This document shows, piece by piece, positions 13,359 through 64,000 of a stretch of DNA of 64,000 nucleotides. Both the position numbers and the translations under genes were made by a program. This DNA is from Paraspadella gotoi (Eukaryota; Animalia; Chaetognatha). The notes below the pieces were generated by a model, which saw only the letters and a program-made list of their open reading frames with translations, was not told where the DNA came from and searched no databases. Position 1 is the first letter of the stretch. Each line of letters starts with the position of its first letter. The stretch lies in NCBI GenBank assembly GCA_051294375.1, contig JBJCIZ010000239.1, positions 6,867,545 to 6,931,544 of the forward strand, in the 5' to 3' direction.

Positions 13359-13557
13359 GTGTGGATCTCGTCGTCGTCGTCGTCGTCGTCGCTTCATGTA
13401 CTACCGATTTAAAAATTATCAATTCAATCCTTACTTTGCATAGGATGGTGAGTTAGTGCCTTCATCACTGACATAGCGGGACCCTGCAGGCTTTCAATCA
13501 AGACTCTCTCACAGTCTGGCTTCCCTATCAATGACGTGTTAAAATGTTTCTAATCTT

Positions 13558-13630
13558 GAACGGTTAGCTCAGTCGGTAGAGCACGGGACTCTTAATCTTG
13601 GGGTCGTGGGTTCGAGCCCCACTCTGAAAA
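13558..13630 (+). pseudogene. tRNA-Lys(CTT)-derived pseudogene or SINE head
   Basis: TAGCTCAGTCGGTAGAGC...GACTCTTAATC...GGTCGTGGGTTCGAGCCCCAC matches metazoan tRNA-Lys-CTT with A and B boxes, but the acceptor stem does not pair (GAACGGT vs CTGAAAA). Confidence 0.75.
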
Positions 13631-14121
13631 GATATCCTATGCAGAAGTAAATTCACGAGAATGCGGGAAAATAATATATCGACGTCAGGAAAATCTATAT
13701 GGCGACAAAATCATGAGGGTAGAAAAAGGGGAGAAACTAGTAGGAGAAGAGAGAGAAGGTGTACTGAATCTCGTGAACGCGGACCCGAATCCCTGGGAGG
13801 AGGATGAAGAGGAGGTGAATGAGAAGGAGGGGGTAATAGACCCGCGTCGGTCTATCTCTTTTTATACTGCAATTGTATTTAAGTACCATTCCCTTTAGTA
13901 TTAGATCGGAGAATACAATATTGTGCCACATATCACTCCGGTTTACTCGCGAGCAGATTTCGCCTTTTAAAACGAAGTCTTTTCCTTTAAAATTCTCTCG
14001 AATTCGTCCCGAGGGAAAAAAGGGTTCGAATTGATACGACCCCCTAGGGACAAGAACCTCCCCGTGGGGAATCATGGGGTAACGCTGGGCTTTTCTTTCT
14101 TTCTTTCTTTCCTCTCCTCCG

Positions 14122-14187
<66 letters not shown>

Positions 14188-14691
14188 CCTCCTTTTCTCT
14201 TTTCCTTAAAAACTCGCCCGTCTTAAAGAGGCCATTGACCTTATCTTCGCCCCCTTAACCTCCCCCCCTTTCTGTCCCGATCTCCCCCATGTCGGGACCA
14301 AAAAAAAAAAGAGATTAAGTCTATGAATAATTTATCACAAAAAAAAAAAAATTAAATAAAATCTCCATTATGTCATCTTAGTTCCAGATTCTCGGGTCAT
14401 TATGCGTCGAAATGGTCGTGATTTACTGTACGACGGGAGGCGGTTATAACGTCGATTTACGGCTCTTTCGATTATACATCGTGAAAGGGGGATGATAATG
14501 ATTATGACGATGATAATGATGATAATGATGATTATGACCATAATACTCATGAGAGTTTGGGGCCTTTTTTAAAACTATATTCAGCACTAATAATGGTAAT
14601 ATTTACGTAATAGTATTTATCATTTCCGATAATTCTTTCTAAAAATTTCTCTAGTTTCCATTTCTATTTCCATTTTCTCTATCTCTCTCTC

Positions 14692-14748
<57 letters not shown>

Positions 14749-15373
14749 ATCTCTCATCAGCACCATTATTATCATCTAAATCATCATGATAATCAGTAGT
14801 ATCATCGTCAACTTTGTCTCCAAAATCATCGTCATCATGATTTCCTTCAACGTCATTATCATCATCATCATCATCATCATCGTCGTCATTTATTGACATT
14901 TACAGTCTCCCTGACAAACAACAACAACAACAACGACAACAATAACAACAACAACAATTCCATCGTCTTCTCGATGCCAATAAAGAAAAACGAGGAAACG
15001 TCGACACCCGCGAAATGAGATAACAACAACAACAACAACAAAATAAGCAATAATGCAATATTGTTGTTGTCGTCGTCTTTGTCACTTTAGTTCTCAGCGT
15101 CATTGACGTAGTTTTATCTTCGTCGTCCAAATCATTGTCGTTGTTTTCGTTTGCGTCTTTGTTTGCCATCTTCGTCGTCATCGTCATCGTCGTCGTCGTC
15201 GTCGTCATTGTTGTCGTTATCGTCATCGTTTTCGTCGTCTCCTTCCGGCAGGCGACGTCGTCGTCGCCATAGTCGTCGTCGTCGTTGTCGTCGTCTCCCC
15301 ACTTCCGGCAGACGACGTCACTTTTGTCAAAAAACCGATGACCGTGAAACTTGTTCGTCGAGGACGCAAAGTT

Positions 15374-15411
<38 letters not shown>

Positions 15412-15415
15412 ATCT

Positions 15416-15483
<68 letters not shown>

Positions 15484-15578
15484 CCTCTGCAAGCGCGCGG
15501 AAGGAGACGGGGTCAATTCCGCTGATGCCCTCCAATCGAGATTCAACAGAAAAAAATGGTGGAAGGCGAGATGGAGGG

Positions 15579-15620
<42 letters not shown>

Positions 15621-15887
15621 AACGTGGTAAACATAATCCGAAAGGAAAATAAATAACTTAATCACAAAATAGATTTTTATTTCACATTTCGTTACCATGT
15701 ACTACGTTAATGAATAAATATTGATAAATACAGAGAGAGTCTTGATAAAAAGCTTTCAGAGATCTGCTATGTCATTATCTTGTAAGAGTGATGGAGGCCT
15801 TAAACCACCAAAGCCTGTCCAAAGTCAGGGGCAAGATAGCTTATTTATTAAATGAATGGATAATTTTTATATTAGTTGTGCAAATTT

Positions 15888-15888
15888 C

Positions 15889-15985
<97 letters not shown>
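15888..15985. repeat. (AAT)n microsatellite
   Basis: Perfect trinucleotide run; source of the poly-N/I/Y ORFs. Confidence 0.98.
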
Positions 15986-15986
<1 letters not shown>

Positions 15987-16056
15987 CTTCATCCAACCCC
16001 TTTTTCCCCTCTCCCTCCCCACACACGATCGCCGTCCGTCTCCATCTCACACACAG

Positions 16057-61282
<45,226 letters not shown>

Positions 61283-61286
61283 GTAA

Positions 61287-61324
<38 letters not shown>

Positions 61325-61327
<3 letters not shown>

Positions 61328-61800
61328 GTTTAGATAACACTAACGTTATTACCCCTTTTCCTCCCTCGCCCTCCGTCTCCCCCTCATTTTCCCCTGAACG
61401 AAACAGTTTCTCTTTTTAAATCCGCTCAAACTCATTTTGTCCCAATGAATCTGGGTTTTTTTTTTGTGCCGTTCAAAAGTGCCAATGGGAAACGCCCCCG
61501 GAGGCGTCGGAGCGTTCGCATAAAAAACAAACATTCTCATATATAAAGTGTAATAACAAATCAAATTTTACTGACGTCGAGTGACAGTAAATGCATAGTA
61601 CATACATATTTTTCTTTAAACATAAATAGATATATGAATTTACCATATTGGTATGTACCATTTTCTGAGGAAATGGTTTCAAGTTTTTAAAATTCACCAT
61701 GATGGTTGAGCTAGTATTCTGTGGTATTATAATTTATTTTGTCCTTAAATTTAATGAAAGTTTTTGATTTATGTCTGTTTGAAAAAAATTAATTTAAATT

Positions 61801-61840
<40 letters not shown>

Positions 61841-64000
61841 CTCTCTCTTCAAAAACTCCCACCCACCCAGGATTACTTACCAATGTACGGAGTCTGGTCG
61901 CGCAGTCAACGGGGCTCACCCCGATTCTCTCGCCAGAGGGGGAGGAGATGAAGGATATGAAACGGCAGGAGGTGATTTGGCTGCCTGTTGCTCCTGCTGT
62001 TTAATGGAATGTGGTTGCCGGTACATGTCTAATTGTCTATTGTTGCATTTTAAAATTGTGTACATTTTATGTAGCTTTATTTTAAGGAGTTTTGCCACTG
62101 AATAAAATGTAAATGTTTAGCAAAAGAGTGTCAATAAAAAAAATTGAAAACTAGTGATGAGTTTAACTGGTAGACGCTGATTAATTTTCGATATCAAATA
62201 TATATTTTGTAATAATAAAATTTGAAATAATTCATTTGAATAAGAATCTGAAAAAAGCTTTTGACCAAATAACTTTTACGAAAAAACGGCCGGCCTTTGA
62301 CTTTTGTACCACTCTCCTGTAGATTTGAATTCAAAACAGGAGGGCGAGTTAAAGTCACAGTCTCGTCGGTCAAGGATCGATGGAAACTTAAGGGAAAGTT
62401 AATCTCATCCTAATTCTTTTTTTTATGTAACCGCGGTCCGAAAGATTTTTAAAAAAGAGAAACTAATAAAGAATTGGGGGAGTAGCATAATTTATAATTT
62501 GTGATTGTGTTTATTATATTTAAATTTTTATGAATAATAATTGGGAATGAAGTTTGGTATAAAATATCAAAGTATTAAAAAAAAAAAGATTGCTGTTGTT
62601 AAAAATATTTTCATAACAGTATGTCTTGTAAAATTCAAGCTAAAAAATATCAAAATTAACTAATAAGAAAGACTACCCATTAATAAATATAATCGCAGCA
62701 GAGTTTAGTTTTTAATTTATAGCCTCAGCGTCCAGTCTCTTATTATTTTGTTGAGAAGAATAAAAGTTAATACCCAGCCAGTCTAAACTCGGTATCAAGA
62801 TTTTAATTAAAAATTAATTTTATTTAAGTTTTATCAAATTCAGTAAAATTAAATTGATTTTCAACCCATCGCTCGCTTAACCCCCCCCCCAGGATTCGCA
62901 GGCAAATCGACCCCAACGACGGAACAAGGATCGATGAGAGAGGTCGGGAGGAAGGTCTACTTTCTCCCCTCCAGAGTAAGAGTACGGTGAAGGGAAGGAG
63001 GAAGGGAAGAGAAAGGAAGAGGAGGAGGAAGAGGGAGAGATGGGGGGAAATCGCACCGGGGACCGGACGGAAGAGAAGACTTCAATCTTCACGTTCTCTA
63101 AAATTGTTTCAGGGAAAGGAATCAGGTGAACGTTTATGGCTAATACTTACCGTCGGTGAAGTTAAGTTTCCAGCTTTATTCCTTTTTTTCGGACTCGGTG
63201 GTGGTGGATGGCATAATTTTCCAAGGGCGCCTCATTTCAGATTAAATTAAGAAATTAAATAAGGTTGAAGATTAGGATAATGGCTTAAGTTAGGGATTAC
63301 GGTTTTTAGGATTATTGGTATTAGGGTTTAAGGTTATAGATTTGGGTTTGGGTTTAAGGGATTAAGGGATATTATTATTCTTATTGTTTATAATAAAATG
63401 TATAAAATATATATATATTTTAATTTTTTTAGATTTTTAAGGCAAATTTAGTCCTAAGTTATTAGTTTAAGTTATGGTTAATAATTATATTTAAGGATTT
63501 AATACAAAGTTAAGGATAAATAATATTAAGATTAAAATTAAGTTAAAGGATCAAAAATCAGAAAATAGGGTGCTTTTGAAAAATAGTGACGGATCCGTAT
63601 GTCGGCGTTTTTGTAACCCTTTTTTCTTTTAGTTAATTTTGTATTATTGTTACATTATTCAGGTGTTTTGGCTCTTTATCTCATCCCATTTCAATAACAC
63701 ACTTACTCAATTCCTGAACAACACCCGTGACAAAAACTTACCTTCTCTGCTCGTGTTGTTGTTATTAATTTTGGGGAAGGACTTGTACCAGTCCCCCCAG
63801 TGACTGTGAACGTTTTAGCCAAGTGAAATTTTTTAACATTGCTACTTAAAATCTTAATTGATGATATACATTTTGAACGATTCATTTTGACTTTTAACTT
63901 TTAACTGAGTCGAACTTTGACAGTTCGGCTAATTTTTGGTTAATGTAGCAACGGGGAATTTTTTTAATTAAAAAAACATTTTGTATTTTACTTAATTCTC
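61325..64000 (+). repeat. Indel-riddled direct copy of 54461-57068
   Basis: Collinear match with dense 1-2 bp indels that destroy the exon frames. Confidence 0.93.

Noticed and set aside
13558-13630. Functional tRNA-Lys gene
   Set aside because: Acceptor stem is unpaired and no Pol III T-run terminator follows.

Overview
AT-rich, microsatellite-dense (GA/TC, AAT, GAC) invertebrate animal genomic scaffold, not prokaryotic. Most short ORFs in the supplied track are microsatellite artefacts. Main content: (1) A + strand multi-exon Na+/H+ exchanger (SLC9A/NHE) gene that I reconstructed by hand. It has 25 phase-compatible GT-AG exons from 16057 to 61282; the 5' start and 3' end are unresolved. 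(2) Inside its ~21 kb intron (24864-45935), on the same strand, a single-exon 1568-aa ORF (28512-33218). It has SAMD9/SAMD9L architecture (AlbA/Schlafen-like, SIR2-like, STAND NTPase, TPR, OB-fold), but a DZIP3-type HEPN domain with an intact RxxxxH motif replaces the SAM domain, and the AlbA catalytic acidic residues look lost. This is the best candidate for an undescribed immune system. (3) LTR-retroelement pieces, MITE-, HINE- and SINE-like repeats, tRNA-Lys pseudogenes and a degenerate Penelope-type hammerhead. (4) Several large duplications beside 25-N gaps that are probably assembly artefacts. These affect how far the SAMD9 C-terminus and its intronic nesting can be trusted. All domain calls come from motif recognition by eye; no searches were run.
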